This document shows positions 9,736 through 20,559 of a stretch of 64,000 bases of DNA, one piece after another. A model generated the notes under the pieces. That model was not told where the DNA came from. It saw nothing but the letters and a program-made list of their open reading frames with translations, and made no database searches. Origin of the DNA: Sterolibacteriaceae bacterium (GTDB lineage Bacteria; Pseudomonadota; Gammaproteobacteria; Burkholderiales; Rhodocyclaceae); assembly GCA_025360425.1 (NCBI GenBank), contig JANYCD010000076.1, positions 17,639 to 81,638 of the forward strand, in the 5' to 3' direction. The translations under genes and the position numbers were made by a program. How positions within the stretch are numbered: position 1 is the first letter of the stretch; the number at the start of each line of letters is the position of its first letter.

Positions 9736-10194
9736 CTAGAAAGGAATATCGTCCTCGAAGTCGTTCATTGTGCTGCTGGCGGGTTGCTGTACGGATTTCT
9801 CGGTGGCAGCGGGACGTCCGCCGCCGGTGCTGCGTGGCTCATACTCGGGACTGCCACTGCCTTCGCGGCGACCGAGCATCTGCATGGAGTCGGCGACGAT
9901 TTCAGTGGTGTAGTTGGTGTGCCCGTCCTTCTCCCATTTGCGCGTTTTCAACGCGCCTTCGATATAAATCTGCGAGCCTTTTTTCAGGTATTGCCCGGCG
10001 ATTTCGGCCAGCTTGCGATAGAACACCACACGATGCCATTCCGTGGCCTCTCTCTTCTCGCCGGTGGTCTTGTCTTTCCAGGTGTCGGTGGTGGCGACGG
10101 TGATGTTCGCCACCGCTTCGCCGTTGGGCATGTAGCGTACCTCCGGATCCTTGCCCAGATTGCCGACGATAATTACCTTGTTAACTGATGCCAT
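9736..10194 (-). CDS. ssb: Single-stranded DNA-binding protein
   Basis: 152 aa. OB-fold N-terminus [21 protein letters not shown], Gly/Pro-rich linker, acidic tip DDIPF. Confidence 0.95.
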   Translation of the reverse strand: MASVNKVIIVGNLGKDPEVRYMPNGEAVANITVATTDTWKDKTTGEKREATEWHRVVFYRKLAEIAGQYLKKGSQIYIEGALKTRKWEKDGHTNYTTEIVADSMQMLGRREGSGSPEYEPRSTGGGRPAATEKSVQQPASSTMNDFEDDIPF

Positions 10195-11559
10195 TTAGCT
10201 CTCCTCCCCGATGACATGGCGCGCGCGCCCTTCGTCCCAAAACGCCAAGTTTACCCTTAACCGCATGACGCCCCGCTCTTTATCGGCATGGGCCTCGACA
10301 ACCCCCGGCAATTCCGCCAGCGCCCATTTCAACAGTTCCATATCGGCTTCCGGCGCAATCGACAGTTCCTTGCTGGCAATGACGGCCGGCGCCTCCATGC
10401 CCAATGCCACCAGTAACCAGATGGTGATGATCACGGCACTTGCGACAAAAACCATTTCGCTGCCATAGTGTTTCGCCAATAATCCTCCCATTGCGCCGCC
10501 GACAAATAACCCGAGTGCCTGGGTGGTGTTGTAGACACCCAGTGCAGCGCCCTTCGCGCGAGCCGGCGCAATCCGCGAAATAAGCGATGGCAGAGTTGCC
10601 TCCAGCACGTTGAAGGCGACGAAGAAGCACAGCAGTGCCACGCTTATCCAGGCAAAGTGATCATGCCCGATGAAGAATAGCCCTTGGGTAACCAGCAGCA
10701 GCGTGATGGCGGAAAGGAAGATCAGCTTCACCTTGCCGCGTCGTTCGCCATAGATGATTGCGGGCACCATAAGCACAAACGACACCATTACCGCCGGCAG
10801 ATAAACCCGCCAGTGCGTTGCGACCGGCATGTTGCCTACTGTCAGCAACATGCCCGGTACCACGACGAACATGGCCATCTGGCTCATATGCAGGGCGAAG
10901 ATGCCGAAATTCAGACGCAGCAGTTGCGTATTCATCAGCACCGTGCGGAACGGGACTTTCGGGCCAGGCTCTGGCGGAGGCGGATCGGCCACCACACCGG
11001 TGATGAGGGAGATCGCCGCCAGGGCAAGGCAGGCGGTGAGCCAGAAGATGCCACCCATGCCGATCCATGTGTACAAGGCTGGCGCCGCAACCAGGGAAAA
11101 AGCGAAAGCCAGGCCGATGGAAGAACCGATGATGGCCATGACCTTGGTGCGATGCTGCTCACGGGTCAGGTCCGCTGCCAGCGCCGTCACCGCCGCCGAA
11201 ATGGCACCCGCGCCCTGCACGATGCGACCGCCGATGGTCCACCAGATGTCCGGCGCCAAGGCTGCCATCGCGCTGCCGGCGGCAAATAGCAGCAGGCCGA
11301 AAATGATCACCGGCTTGCGACCGTAACGGTCGGAGGCCATGCCGAAGGGAATCTGGAAGATTGCCTGAGTCAGGCCGTAGGCGCCGAGTGCGATGCCGAC
11401 CAAAGTCAGGTTGTCGCCGCCGGGAATGCCTTTTGCGTGGATCGCAAACACCGGAAGGATCAGAAACAGCCCCAGCATTCGCAATGCGAAGATCGACGCC
11501 AGCGCAGCACCGGCGCGCTTTTCGTCGCGATTCATGGAATCGGAAGCGGGGAACGACAT
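10195..11559 (-). CDS. MFS transporter with ~70-aa C-terminal soluble extension
   Basis: 454 aa. 12-TM-like hydrophobic pattern and MFS loop motif SDRYGRKPV. Its stop abuts the ssb start with zero spacer. Confidence 0.85.
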   Translation of the reverse strand: MSFPASDSMNRDEKRAGAALASIFALRMLGLFLILPVFAIHAKGIPGGDNLTLVGIALGAYGLTQAIFQIPFGMASDRYGRKPVIIFGLLLFAAGSAMAALAPDIWWTIGGRIVQGAGAISAAVTALAADLTREQHRTKVMAIIGSSIGLAFAFSLVAAPALYTWIGMGGIFWLTACLALAAISLITGVVADPPPPEPGPKVPFRTVLMNTQLLRLNFGIFALHMSQMAMFVVVPGMLLTVGNMPVATHWRVYLPAVMVSFVLMVPAIIYGERRGKVKLIFLSAITLLLVTQGLFFIGHDHFAWISVALLCFFVAFNVLEATLPSLISRIAPARAKGAALGVYNTTQALGLFVGGAMGGLLAKHYGSEMVFVASAVIITIWLLVALGMEAPAVIASKELSIAPEADMELLKWALAELPGVVEAHADKERGVMRLRVNLAFWDEGRARHVIGEES

Positions 11560-11625
11560 TCTCGGAATGGCTTGGTGCGCGGGAGTCGCGTATATTAGCA
11601 GGTTGCTTTTGACAGCCTCGACTCA

Positions 11626-14496
11626 ATGGACGAAATCAAGATCCGTGGTGCCCGCACTCACAACCTGAAGAACATCAACCTCGATCTGCCGCGTAACAAG
11701 CTGACCGTGATCACCGGCTTGTCCGGTTCGGGCAAAAGTTCGCTGGCGTTCGACACGCTCTACGCGGAGGGACAGCGTCGCTATGTCGAATCGCTTTCGG
11801 CCTATGCGCGACAGTTTTTGCAGCTGATGGAAAAGCCCGATGTCGATCTGATCGAAGGCCTTTCGCCGGCGATCTCCATCGAGCAGAAGGCCACCAGTCA
11901 CAACCCGCGCTCGACCGTCGGTACCGTCACCGAGGTTCACGATTACCTGCGCCTGCTCTATGCCCGCGCCGGCACACCGCACTGTCCCGACCACGACCTT
12001 GCGCTTACGGCGATGAGCGTGTCGCAAATGGTCGATCATGTGCTGGCGCTGCCCGAAGAAACCGCGTTGATGATCCTGGCGCCGGTGGTTGCCAATCGCA
12101 AGGGCGAGCAGCATGAACTGTTCGGCGAACTGCGCGCCCAGGGCTTCGTACGGCTGCGTGTCAATGGCAAGGTCTATGACATTGACACGCTGCCCAAGCT
12201 CGCCAAGAACAGCAAGCACACGATCGATGTGGTGGTGGACAGGCTCAAGCTGCGCCCCGATCAGCGTCAGCGTCTGGCGGAGTCTTTCGAGACTGCATTG
12301 ACCCACGCCGAAGGCCGTGCCCTGGCAGTGGAAATGGACAGTGGCGCCGAGCACTTGTTCTCGGCCCGCTTTGCCTGCCCGGTGTGTTCATATTCATTGC
12401 AGGAACTGGAACCGCGACTGTTCTCGTTCAACAATCCGATGGGCGCCTGTCCCAAATGTGACGGCCTTGGCCAGATCCAGTTCTTTGACGAGTCGCGCAT
12501 CGTCGCCTTCCCGCACCTGTCGCTGGCGGCGGGTGCCATCAAGGGCTGGGACAAGCGCAATCAGTTCTATTTCCAGATGCTGGAAAGCCTGGCCGAACAC
12601 TACCAATTTGACACCGGTGTGCCGTTCGAAGAGTTGCCGCAAGCTACGCGCAAGATCGTGCTCTACGGTTCGGACAAGGAGCAAATCCGCTTCAAATATC
12701 TGAGCGAAAAAGGCACGCGCTTCGAGCGCAGCCACGCCTTTGAAGGCATCATCCCCGGCTTCGAGCGGCGCTACAAGGAAACCGATTCGCTGATGGTGCG
12801 CGAGGAGTTGACCAAGTATCTGAACGCCAAGCCTTGCCCCGAGTGTCTTGGTACCCGCCTGCGTGTCGAGGCCCGCAATGTGTTCATTGGCGGCAAAACC
12901 ATTTCCGAGATCAGCCACCTTGCGCTGGGTCTTTGCCGCACATTTTTTCAGCAACTCAAACTGATCGGCCACCGTGCCCAGGTTGCCGACAAGATCGTCA
13001 AGGAAATCGATAGTCGGCTCGGCTTCCTCATCAACGTCGGTCTTGATTATTTGTCGCTCGACCGTTCGGCGGAAACGCTCTCCGGCGGCGAAGCACAGCG
13101 TATCCGGCTGGCGTCGCAAATCGGTTCCGGCCTCACCGGCGTGATGTATGTGCTCGACGAGCCCAGCATCGGCCTGCATCAGCGCGACAATTCGCGCCTG
13201 CTGGAAACGCTGCGTTTCCTGCGCGATCTTGGCAATACGGTGATCGTGGTCGAGCATGATCAGGAGGCCATCGAGTCCGCCGACTATGTGGTCGATATCG
13301 GCCCTGGCGCCGGTGAGCATGGTGGTCGCATCGTGGCCGTAGGGACGCCGGCAGAGGTGTGCGCAAACCCGGATTCACCTACCGGCGCCTATTTGTCCGG
13401 CCGCAAATTCATCAAGGTTCCGGCCAAACGTACCAAAGCCGATCCTGAACGGCAGTTGCGCATCATCGGTGCTACCGGCAACAACCTCAAGGATGTGACG
13501 CTGGAATTGCCGGTCGGCTTGCTTACCTGCGTCACCGGCGTTTCCGGTTCGGGCAAGTCAACGCTGATCAACGACACGCTTTATGCCGCAGCAGCACGCC
13601 ATCTCTATGGCTCTTCGGCCGAACCCGCAGCCCATGGCGCAATCGAAGGGCTGGAGTTTTTCGACAAGGTGATCAGCGTCGACCAAAGCCCTATCGGGCG
13701 CACGCCGCGTTCCAATCCGGCGACCTACACTGGCCTGTTGACGCCGATCCGCGAACTTTTTTCCGGCGTGCCCGAGTCGCGCCAGCGCGGCTACGAACCC
13801 GGCCGTTTCTCCTTCAACGTCAAGGGCGGCCGCTGCGAAGCCTGCCAGGGCGACGGCATGATCAAGGTGGAAATGCATTTTCTGCCCGACATCTTCGTTC
13901 CTTGCGACGTCTGCCACGGCAAGCGCTATAACCGCGAGACGCTGGAGATTCGCTACAAGGGCAAGAACATTCACGAAATTTTACAAATGACCATCGAACA
14001 GGCGCGCGCGTTTTTTGATGCAGTGCCGGTGGTCGCGCGCAAGCTGCAAACCCTCACCGATGTTGGCCTCTCCTATGTGCAACTGGGGCAAAGCGCGACC
14101 ACGCTGTCCGGCGGCGAAGCGCAGCGCGTCAAGCTGGCGCTTGAACTTTCCAAGCGCGACACCGGTCGCACGCTGTACATCCTCGACGAGCCGACCACCG
14201 GCCTGCATTTTCATGACATTGAAATGCTGCTCCAGGTGCTGCATCGCCTGCGCGACCATGGCAACACCATCGTCGTCATCGAACACAATCTCGATGTGAT
14301 CAAGACCGCCGACTGGATCATTGACGTCGGTCCCGAAGGTGGTGACGGCGGTGGGCGTATCATTGCCATCGGGACCCCGGAAGATGTCGCCGACAACCCA
14401 ATCAGCTACACTGGGCAATATCTGGGAAAAATATTAGCGGCGCAGCAAGTCGCCAGCAAACCCGTCAAACCAAGGAGGGCACATGCCCGAGTTTGA
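11626..14496 (+). CDS. uvrA: Excinuclease ABC subunit A
   Basis: 956 aa. Two ABC ATPase modules ([18 protein letters not shown]; two LSGGEAQR signatures) and zinc modules ([15 protein letters not shown]; [16 protein letters not shown]). Confidence 0.97.
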   Translation: MDEIKIRGARTHNLKNINLDLPRNKLTVITGLSGSGKSSLAFDTLYAEGQRRYVESLSAYARQFLQLMEKPDVDLIEGLSPAISIEQKATSHNPRSTVGTVTEVHDYLRLLYARAGTPHCPDHDLALTAMSVSQMVDHVLALPEETALMILAPVVANRKGEQHELFGELRAQGFVRLRVNGKVYDIDTLPKLAKNSKHTIDVVVDRLKLRPDQRQRLAESFETALTHAEGRALAVEMDSGAEHLFSARFACPVCSYSLQELEPRLFSFNNPMGACPKCDGLGQIQFFDESRIVAFPHLSLAAGAIKGWDKRNQFYFQMLESLAEHYQFDTGVPFEELPQATRKIVLYGSDKEQIRFKYLSEKGTRFERSHAFEGIIPGFERRYKETDSLMVREELTKYLNAKPCPECLGTRLRVEARNVFIGGKTISEISHLALGLCRTFFQQLKLIGHRAQVADKIVKEIDSRLGFLINVGLDYLSLDRSAETLSGGEAQRIRLASQIGSGLTGVMYVLDEPSIGLHQRDNSRLLETLRFLRDLGNTVIVVEHDQEAIESADYVVDIGPGAGEHGGRIVAVGTPAEVCANPDSPTGAYLSGRKFIKVPAKRTKADPERQLRIIGATGNNLKDVTLELPVGLLTCVTGVSGSGKSTLINDTLYAAAARHLYGSSAEPAAHGAIEGLEFFDKVISVDQSPIGRTPRSNPATYTGLLTPIRELFSGVPESRQRGYEPGRFSFNVKGGRCEACQGDGMIKVEMHFLPDIFVPCDVCHGKRYNRETLEIRYKGKNIHEILQMTIEQARAFFDAVPVVARKLQTLTDVGLSYVQLGQSATTLSGGEAQRVKLALELSKRDTGRTLYILDEPTTGLHFHDIEMLLQVLHRLRDHGNTIVVIEHNLDVIKTADWIIDVGPEGGDGGGRIIAIGTPEDVADNPISYTGQYLGKILAAQQVASKPVKPRRAHARV

Positions 14497-14812
14497 GAAT
14501 TACGCCGCAGAAGCACGGCAAATAGAACAGGAAATCATCCGCAAGGGCCTGATTCTGGGCATCGACTGGAACAACGAGGCGGCAGTAAAGAGCCTGGCGC
14601 GTCAGGCGCTGGCCCGCCACGACGAGACGCTGCCACTGGGCGTCTCACTTTCCAGCCCGGAAGGCATGGCCAAAATGGAGTTGTTCGGCCTTGCTCAACT
14701 GATGATGAAAGTGATGAAGCAGAGTGCCGACGACAATATGTTTACCCACGGTGGCCCGGTGTGGAAGGCATTTGCCGCGGCATTGTGGGCGGAATACAAG
14801 TCACGTCAGTAA
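14483..14812 (+). CDS. Hypothetical small protein (109 aa), translationally coupled to uvrA
   Basis: The ATG lies 14 nt inside the uvrA 3' end, preceded by AAGGAGG at 14472-14478. Coding-like composition. No family recognised. Confidence 0.55.
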   Translation: MPEFENYAAEARQIEQEIIRKGLILGIDWNNEAAVKSLARQALARHDETLPLGVSLSSPEGMAKMELFGLAQLMMKVMKQSADDNMFTHGGPVWKAFAAALWAEYKSRQ

Positions 14813-14889
14813 TACAGTTGCGCCTCGGAAAGTTACTTTCCGGGCCTTATACCAAAGCGGGCCGCAGCGCCAAAACCCAAACGATAAAA

Positions 14890-14927
14890 GCATGACGCCC
14901 GCGACTTGCGGGCGCCATGCTTTGTTG
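14890..14927. terminator. Bidirectional rho-independent terminator between the 109-aa ORF and cysB
   Basis: 13-bp stem with one mismatch (GCATGACGCCCGC / GCGGGCGCCATGC), loop GACTT, then TTTGTTG. An A-run on the other side serves the minus strand. Confidence 0.6.
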
Positions 14928-14938
14928 CAAACGATGCG

Positions 14939-15880
14939 TTATTCGATTTCCGGTTCCCGCGCCGGCAGAACGGCATTGCGCACAGTGGCCTCGGTCAGTA
15001 TCGGCGAGCAGAACTCGAGAAAGCGATAGGCATAGCCGCGCAGATATTGTCCGGTGCGGATGGCGATGCGCGTGGTGCTGGGATTGAACAGGTGCGCGCT
15101 GTCGAGCAAGCGCAGGCCGAGATCCTTGGCCGGATTGAATGCGATGGAAGCAACGATGCCGATACCCAACCCGAGTTCGACATAAGTCTTGATCACGTCG
15201 GCGTCGAGCGCCGCCATCACGATATCCGGCGCCAAACCGGCTTTCGCAAACGTCGCGTCGAGCGAAGCGCGGCCGGTGAAGCCCTCGTGGTAGGTGATGA
15301 TGGGATATTCGGCAACGGCTTCGAGCGTCAATTCCTTAAGCTTGGTGAGCGGGTGATCCTGAGGCACGATGACAGAATGATGCCAGTTGTAATAAGGAAA
15401 GGTGGCGAGTCCCGCTACACCTTCAATGGCTTCGGTGGCGATGCCGATGTCCGCCTCGCCCGATTTCAACAGCGTCACGATTTCGGTTGGGCTGGCCTGA
15501 TGCAGCACCAGATGCACCCTGGGAAACTCCAGCTTAAAGCGTGTGACCACTGAAGGCAGTACATAGCGCGCCTGGGTGTGGGTGGTGGCCACCGTCATGC
15601 TGCCCTCGTCGTGCGAAGAAAACTGCTCCGCCAGGCGCTTGATGTTCTTTGCATCGAGCAACATGCGCTCGACGATCACCACCAGTTCCTTGCCCGGCTC
15701 GGTGAGCCCCAGCAGGCGCTTGCCGCGGCGAATGAAGAGCTCGACGCCGAGTTCATCCTCCAGATCCTTGATGTGCTTGCTGACCCCGGATTGCGAGGTG
15801 AACAGCGCATTCGCTGCATCGGTCAGGTTGAAATTGCGCCTGACGGTTTCGCGGATGATGCGTAGTTGCTGAAAGTTCAT
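14939..15880 (-). CDS. cysB: LysR-family transcriptional regulator, CysB/Cbl type
   Basis: 313 aa from the ATG at 15880 (GGAGG upstream). N-terminus MNFQQLRIIRETVRRNFNLTDAANALFTSQSGVSKHIKDLE matches the CysB HTH. Adjacent to cysAWT. The 97-aa upstream extension in the ORF track is rejected. Confidence 0.85.
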   Translation of the reverse strand: MNFQQLRIIRETVRRNFNLTDAANALFTSQSGVSKHIKDLEDELGVELFIRRGKRLLGLTEPGKELVVIVERMLLDAKNIKRLAEQFSSHDEGSMTVATTHTQARYVLPSVVTRFKLEFPRVHLVLHQASPTEIVTLLKSGEADIGIATEAIEGVAGLATFPYYNWHHSVIVPQDHPLTKLKELTLEAVAEYPIITYHEGFTGRASLDATFAKAGLAPDIVMAALDADVIKTYVELGLGIGIVASIAFNPAKDLGLRLLDSAHLFNPSTTRIAIRTGQYLRGYAYRFLEFCSPILTEATVRNAVLPAREPEIE

Positions 15881-15995
15881 GCTGCCTCCGCCGGGCCGTC
15901 GCAAGGGGGCCACGAGCCATTCACCGGAAGCCGCGTCAGCGGCTGAACCATAGTCGCCTCCTTTTCCGGAAAGGAAGTGGGGAGGATTGTCGTAT

Positions 15996-16805
15996 TCATG
16001 CCGCACTCCTGTGTTCACTGACAGGTTGCAAAGCATACCCTTTGCGCCGCAGTCGCGCGGCCACCAGCCAGTCGGGGCCGTGATCGTCAAGATCGAGAAA
16101 GCTTTCGACAAACGGCGTGGCCGGCGCTTCATATACGGCTTGCGGCGTACCGATTTGTTCCACCTTGCCATGATTCATCAACACGATGTGGTCGGCGACT
16201 TCCAGTGCTTCTTCCTGATCGTGGGTGACGAAAATACTGGTGACGTGGATTTCGTCATGCAGGCGGCGCAGCCAGCGGCGCAACTCCTTGCGCACCTTGG
16301 CGTCGAGTGCGCCAAAAGGTTCGTCGAGTAGCAGTACGCGTGGTTCAACCGCCAATGCGCGCGCCAGTGCGATGCGCTGGCGCTGGCCGCCCGAGAGTTG
16401 CGGCGGAAAGCGATCACCGAGCCAGTCAAGTTGTACCAGATTGAGCAGGTCATGCACCTTACGCTTGATTTCGGTCTCGCCTGGACGCAGCTTGCGCGGC
16501 TTGACGCGCAGGCCGAAGGCGACATTGTCGAACAAGGTCATATGGCGAAACAAGGCGTAGTGCTGGAATACGAAACCGATCTGGCGTTCGCGCACATGCG
16601 TATCGGAGGCGTCTTCGCCTTCGAGCAGAACGCGGCCATTGTCGGCATATTCCAGCCCGCCGATCACGCGCAGCAAGGTGGTCTTGCCGCAACCGGAAGG
16701 CCCCAGCAAGGCGGTGAGCTCACCGGTCGGGAAATTCAGTGACACATTGTCGAGCGCGACAAAATTGCCGAAGCGCTTGTTGATGTTCTGTACTTGTATG
16801 CTCAT
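15996..16805 (-). CDS. cysA: Sulfate/thiosulfate ABC transporter ATP-binding protein, short form without C-terminal regulatory domain
   Basis: 269 aa from [13 protein letters not shown]. Walker [10 protein letters not shown], signature LSGGQRQR, Walker [12 protein letters not shown]. Confidence 0.9.
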   Translation of the reverse strand: MSIQVQNINKRFGNFVALDNVSLNFPTGELTALLGPSGCGKTTLLRVIGGLEYADNGRVLLEGEDASDTHVRERQIGFVFQHYALFRHMTLFDNVAFGLRVKPRKLRPGETEIKRKVHDLLNLVQLDWLGDRFPPQLSGGQRQRIALARALAVEPRVLLLDEPFGALDAKVRKELRRWLRRLHDEIHVTSIFVTHDQEEALEVADHIVLMNHGKVEQIGTPQAVYEAPATPFVESFLDLDDHGPDWLVAARLRRKGYALQPVSEHRSAA

Positions 16806-16818
16806 TTTTTCTTCCTGC

Positions 16819-17703
16819 TTACTGAATTGCCGCCACCTGGCGACCTTTCCATTCAACGACTGACTTGATCGCCAGGGTCACCAGCGCCAGCAGCGCCAGT
16901 AGCGAGGCGACTGCGAACGCAGCGGAAAATTGGTATTCGTTGTAGAGGATTTCGACATGCAGCGGCATGGTGTTGGTCTCGCCGCGGATGTGGCCCGACA
17001 CCACCGACACCGCGCCGAACTCGCCCATGGCGCGGGCATTGCACAGAATCACGCCGTAGATGAGGCCCCACTTGATGTTCGGCAGGGTGACGTGCCAGAA
17101 GGTTCTCCAACCCGAGGCGCCGAGCACGATGGCGGCTTCTTCCTCTTCCTTGCCCTGCGCTTCCATCAGCGGGATCAGCTCACGGGCAACAAAGGGGAAG
17201 GTGACGAAGATCGTGGCTAGCACGATGCCGGGGATGGCGAAGATGATCTTGATGTTGTGGTCCGACAGCCAGTGGCCATACCAGCCCTGCAAGCCGAAGA
17301 TCAACACATAGATCAGGCCGGAAACGACCGGCGACACCGAAAACGGCAGATCGATCAATGTCGTCAGCAACTGGCGTCCCTTGAAGTCGAACTTGGCGAT
17401 CAGCCACGCCGCCGCAACGCCGAATACCAGATTGAAGGGGACGGCGATTGCCGCCACGATTAGCGTCAGGCGTATCGATGACAACGCATCCGGTTCCACC
17501 AGCGCTGCAAGATAGGCTTCCCAGCCCTTGCGCAAGGCCTCGGCAAATACCGCGACCAGTGGCAGCAACAGGAACAGCGCAAAAAAACTGAGCGATATGG
17601 TGATGATCAGCCACTTCACCCACGTCGGTTCGCGCGTAACGGCTTTTTGTTCGAAGCGCTCCGCGCCGATGCCCGACCAGTTGCTGGCGATGGCGGCCGA
17701 CAT
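16819..17703 (-). CDS. cysW: Sulfate ABC transporter permease CysW
   Basis: 294 aa polytopic permease lying between cysT and cysA. Confidence 0.9.
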   Translation of the reverse strand: MSAAIASNWSGIGAERFEQKAVTREPTWVKWLIITISLSFFALFLLLPLVAVFAEALRKGWEAYLAALVEPDALSSIRLTLIVAAIAVPFNLVFGVAAAWLIAKFDFKGRQLLTTLIDLPFSVSPVVSGLIYVLIFGLQGWYGHWLSDHNIKIIFAIPGIVLATIFVTFPFVARELIPLMEAQGKEEEEAAIVLGASGWRTFWHVTLPNIKWGLIYGVILCNARAMGEFGAVSVVSGHIRGETNTMPLHVEILYNEYQFSAAFAVASLLALLALVTLAIKSVVEWKGRQVAAIQ

Positions 17704-18524
17704 TATCGAACCTTCCCGGTGCGCCGTGCCGTCCAGGTCTGCAGACCATTGATCAGCAGCAGCAGCGTGAAGGAAACCATCAGCATCACCACGGCAATCG
17801 CCGTGGCGCCGGCATAGTCGTATTGTTCAAGTTTGGTGATGATCATCAGCGGCGTGATTTCCGAGACCATGGGGATGTTGCCGGCAATGAAGATCACCGA
17901 ACCGTACTCGCCTACGGCGCGCGCGAACGCCAGCGCGAAGCCGGTCAACAATGCCGGCAGCAGCAGGCGGCGGATGGTTTGCCAGCGATCGGCGCCCAGA
18001 CTGGCGGCAGCTTCCTCGATCTCGGTATCGAGATCCTCCAGCACCGGCTGCACGGTGCGCACGACAAAGGGCAGGCCGATGAAAATCAATGCCACTAGCA
18101 CCCCCAGCGGCGTAAAGGCGACCTTGATGCCAAGTGGTTCGAGTAGTCGACCCATCCAGCAGTTGGGCGCGTAGAGCGCGGTGAGCGCGATGCCGGCTAC
18201 CGCGGTGGGCAGTGCGAAAGGCAAGTCGACCAAAGCATCAATGATTTTTTTACCGGGAAAGCTGTAGCGCACCAGTGTCCACGCAAACAGAAAGCCGAAT
18301 ACGGCATTGATGCTGGCAGCGATCAACGAAGCGCCGAAGGTCAATCGGTACGAAGCGACCACCCGTGGCGAAGTGGTCACTGTCCAGAACTGCTCCAGGG
18401 TAAGCGTCGACGTCTTGATAAAGGCTGCCGCCAGCGGCACCAGCACGATCAACGACAGATAGATCAGCGTATAGCCGAGCGAGAGATTGAAACCCGGCAA
18501 AATGCGCCGCGTACTGGCGGACAT
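17703..18524 (-). CDS. cysT: Sulfate ABC transporter permease CysT
   Basis: Start chosen at 18524 ([17 protein letters not shown] aligns with the CysT/CysU N-terminus; GGAG 6 nt upstream). The ORF-track start at 18536 is the alternative. Confidence 0.9.
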   Translation of the reverse strand: MSASTRRILPGFNLSLGYTLIYLSLIVLVPLAAAFIKTSTLTLEQFWTVTTSPRVVASYRLTFGASLIAASINAVFGFLFAWTLVRYSFPGKKIIDALVDLPFALPTAVAGIALTALYAPNCWMGRLLEPLGIKVAFTPLGVLVALIFIGLPFVVRTVQPVLEDLDTEIEEAAASLGADRWQTIRRLLLPALLTGFALAFARAVGEYGSVIFIAGNIPMVSEITPLMIITKLEQYDYAGATAIAVVMLMVSFTLLLLINGLQTWTARRTGKVR

Positions 18525-18630
18525 CGCAAACTCCATTCCGTGAGCAGAGGAGTGAGTCTACGGACGGTCAACACGAAGCAGAAATAACAAATTGGGATAT
18601 GTATATTCGCCACGCGGGAAAGGCTGCATC

Positions 18631-18669
18631 AAAAAAATCGCCGCCACGCGGTGGATCCGGGTGGTGGCG
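18631..18669 (-). terminator. Probable rho-independent terminator after the peroxiredoxin gene
   Basis: On the minus strand, stem CGCCACCAC / GUGGCGGCG (one mismatch) followed by a run of 7 U (plus-strand A-run 18631-18637). Confidence 0.5.
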
Positions 18670-18685
18670 TAGAAGGGATAGCGGA

Positions 18686-19345
18686 TTATTTTTTCGGCTG
18701 CGGCGTGATGCGCAGGTAAGGCTTGGGCGCCTTGTAGCCGGGGAACAGCCGCTGCGCCTCTTCGTCGGAAACGGAGCCGGCGATGATCACATCCTCGCCC
18801 TGCTTCCAGTTGGCGGGCGTGGCCACACGATGCTTGGCCGTGAGCTGGATCGAATCGAGCACGCGCAGGATTTCATCGAAGTTGCGGCCCGTGGTCATCG
18901 GGTAGGTCAGCATGAGCTTGATCTTTTTGTCCGGACCGACGATGAATACCGAGCGCACGGTGGCATTGGTCGCGGCGGTACGGCCTTCCGATGTGCCGGG
19001 CTCTTCGGCCGGCAGCATGTTGTAGAGCTTCGCGACATTGAGATCGGTGTCGCCGATCATCGGATATTTCGGCAGATAGCCTTGCGTCTCTTCAATATCC
19101 TTCGACCACTTGTGATGGTTGTCGACCGGATCAACGGAAAGACCGATGAGCTTGGCGTTGCGCTTGGTGAACTCGGGTTCGATCTTCGCCATGTAGCCAA
19201 GCTCGGTCGTGCATACGGGCGTGAAGTCCTTCGGATGCGAGAAGAGGACCGCCCACTGGTCGCCGATCCACTCATGGAAATGGATCGGCCCTTGCGTGGT
19301 CTGGGCGGTGAAGTCGGGGGCGATATCGCCCAGTCTGATGGTCAT
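18686..19345 (-). CDS. 1-Cys peroxiredoxin (Prx6 / LsfA-like)
   Basis: 219 aa. Motif GDQWAVLFSHPKDFTPVCTTELG holds the peroxidatic Cys. The length and C-terminal extension are typical of the 1-Cys class. Confidence 0.9.
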   Translation of the reverse strand: MTIRLGDIAPDFTAQTTQGPIHFHEWIGDQWAVLFSHPKDFTPVCTTELGYMAKIEPEFTKRNAKLIGLSVDPVDNHHKWSKDIEETQGYLPKYPMIGDTDLNVAKLYNMLPAEEPGTSEGRTAATNATVRSVFIVGPDKKIKLMLTYPMTTGRNFDEILRVLDSIQLTAKHRVATPANWKQGEDVIIAGSVSDEEAQRLFPGYKAPKPYLRITPQPKK

Positions 19346-19414
19346 GGTCTGGCTCCTCTCAATGCGTTGCGGGATCGAAAATTTTACGCCAACCCGGGCG
19401 CGAGAGGAAAACGG

Positions 19415-20419
19415 TCATTTGACGCTGTAGATCTGGTCGAACACGCCGCCGTCCTCGAAATGAGCCTTCTGGGTTTTGCGCCAGTCGCCGACGATGTCAT
19501 TGAGGGTGAACAGCTTGACCGGAGCGAACTGTGTGGCGTACTTGGCCTGGACTTTCTTGTCGATGGCGCGGTAGTAGTTTTTCGCCGCAATCTCCTGGCC
19601 TTCAGGCGTATAGAGATATTGCAGGTAAGCCTCGGCAACCTTGCGCGTGCCGTGTTTGTCGACCACTGTGTCGACTACTGCCACGGGCGGTTCAGCAAGA
19701 ATTGAAATGGAAGGCGTCACGATTTCGAACTTGTCCGGACCGAGTTCCCTGACTGCCAGGTAGGCTTCATTTTCCCAGGCCAGCAGCACATCGCCGATGC
19801 CACGCTCGACAAAGGTGGTGGTTGATCCGCGCGCACCGGAATCCAGCACCTTGACGTTGGCGTAGAGCTTCTTGACGAACTCCTGCGCGGTAGCATCGCT
19901 GCCGCCCTTCAGATTCTTGGCATAGCCCCAGGCCGCCAGATAGTTCCAGCGCGCGCCGCCCGAGGTCTTCGGGTTTGGCGTGATGACTTCAATGCCGGGT
20001 TTGACCAGATCGCCCCAGTCCTTGATGCCTTTCGGATTGCCCTTGCGGACCAGGAACACAATGGTCGAAGTGTAGGGCGCGGCATTGTTGGGCAGTTTCT
20101 TTTCCCAACCGTGCGCGATCAGGCCCTTTTCCTCAATGGCGTCGATATCATAGCCCAGCGCCAGTGTCACTACATCGGCTTCGAGACCGTCGATCACGGC
20201 GCGTGCCTGCTTGCCCGAGCCGCCATGCGAAGCTTTGACGGTGAGGTCTTCCCCGGTCTTGGCCTTCCACTGTTTGGCGAAAGCGGCGTTGAAGTCCTGA
20301 TACAACTCGCGCGTGGGATCGTAGGAAACGTTGAGCAAGGTGGTCTCGGCGTGTGTCAGGCCAACAAGACCGAATACAAGAGCAGCAATGAGACCTTGGC
20401 GGAAGGTGCGGGTGGACAT
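19415..20419 (-). CDS. sbp: Periplasmic sulfate/thiosulfate-binding protein
   Basis: 334 aa. Signal peptide, then [17 protein letters not shown] and [25 protein letters not shown], typical of Sbp/CysP. Confidence 0.9.
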   Translation of the reverse strand: MSTRTFRQGLIAALVFGLVGLTHAETTLLNVSYDPTRELYQDFNAAFAKQWKAKTGEDLTVKASHGGSGKQARAVIDGLEADVVTLALGYDIDAIEEKGLIAHGWEKKLPNNAAPYTSTIVFLVRKGNPKGIKDWGDLVKPGIEVITPNPKTSGGARWNYLAAWGYAKNLKGGSDATAQEFVKKLYANVKVLDSGARGSTTTFVERGIGDVLLAWENEAYLAVRELGPDKFEIVTPSISILAEPPVAVVDTVVDKHGTRKVAEAYLQYLYTPEGQEIAAKNYYRAIDKKVQAKYATQFAPVKLFTLNDIVGDWRKTQKAHFEDGGVFDQIYSVK

Positions 20420-20520
20420 GATTGATTACTCCATGAATTGTTTTGAATGGAGAAATCTACGGCACCACACCTCAAAGCAGAACCAAGAAAATCTGCTTTG
20501 GTTATCAACAGCGATGAATT

Positions 20521-20559
20521 GAAAATACAAAAGAAAATGCCCCGCAACTGCGGGGCATT
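20521..20559 (-). terminator. Rho-independent terminator of groESL
   Basis: Minus-strand hairpin AAUGCCCCGC-AGUU-GCGGGGCAUU (perfect 10 bp, 20536-20559) followed by UUCUUUUGUAUUUU. Confidence 0.75.

Noticed and set aside
11560-11625. Possible LexA/SOS box in the uvrA-MFS divergent spacer
   Set aside because: The closest candidate (CTGCTAATATACGC on the minus strand) does not fit CTGT-N8-ACAG. I cannot support a box.
15881-16171. 97-residue N-terminal extension of cysB in the ORF track, overlapping cysA
   Set aside because: The LysR HTH begins at MNFQQLR (ATG 15880, GGAGG upstream). The extension overlaps the cysA 3' end and has no LysR counterpart.
18599-19705. 368-aa ORF on the plus strand opposite the peroxiredoxin and sbp genes
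   Set aside because: It spans two well-supported minus-strand genes and their spacer and has Arg/Gly/Leu-rich composition with no motifs. It is a shadow ORF.
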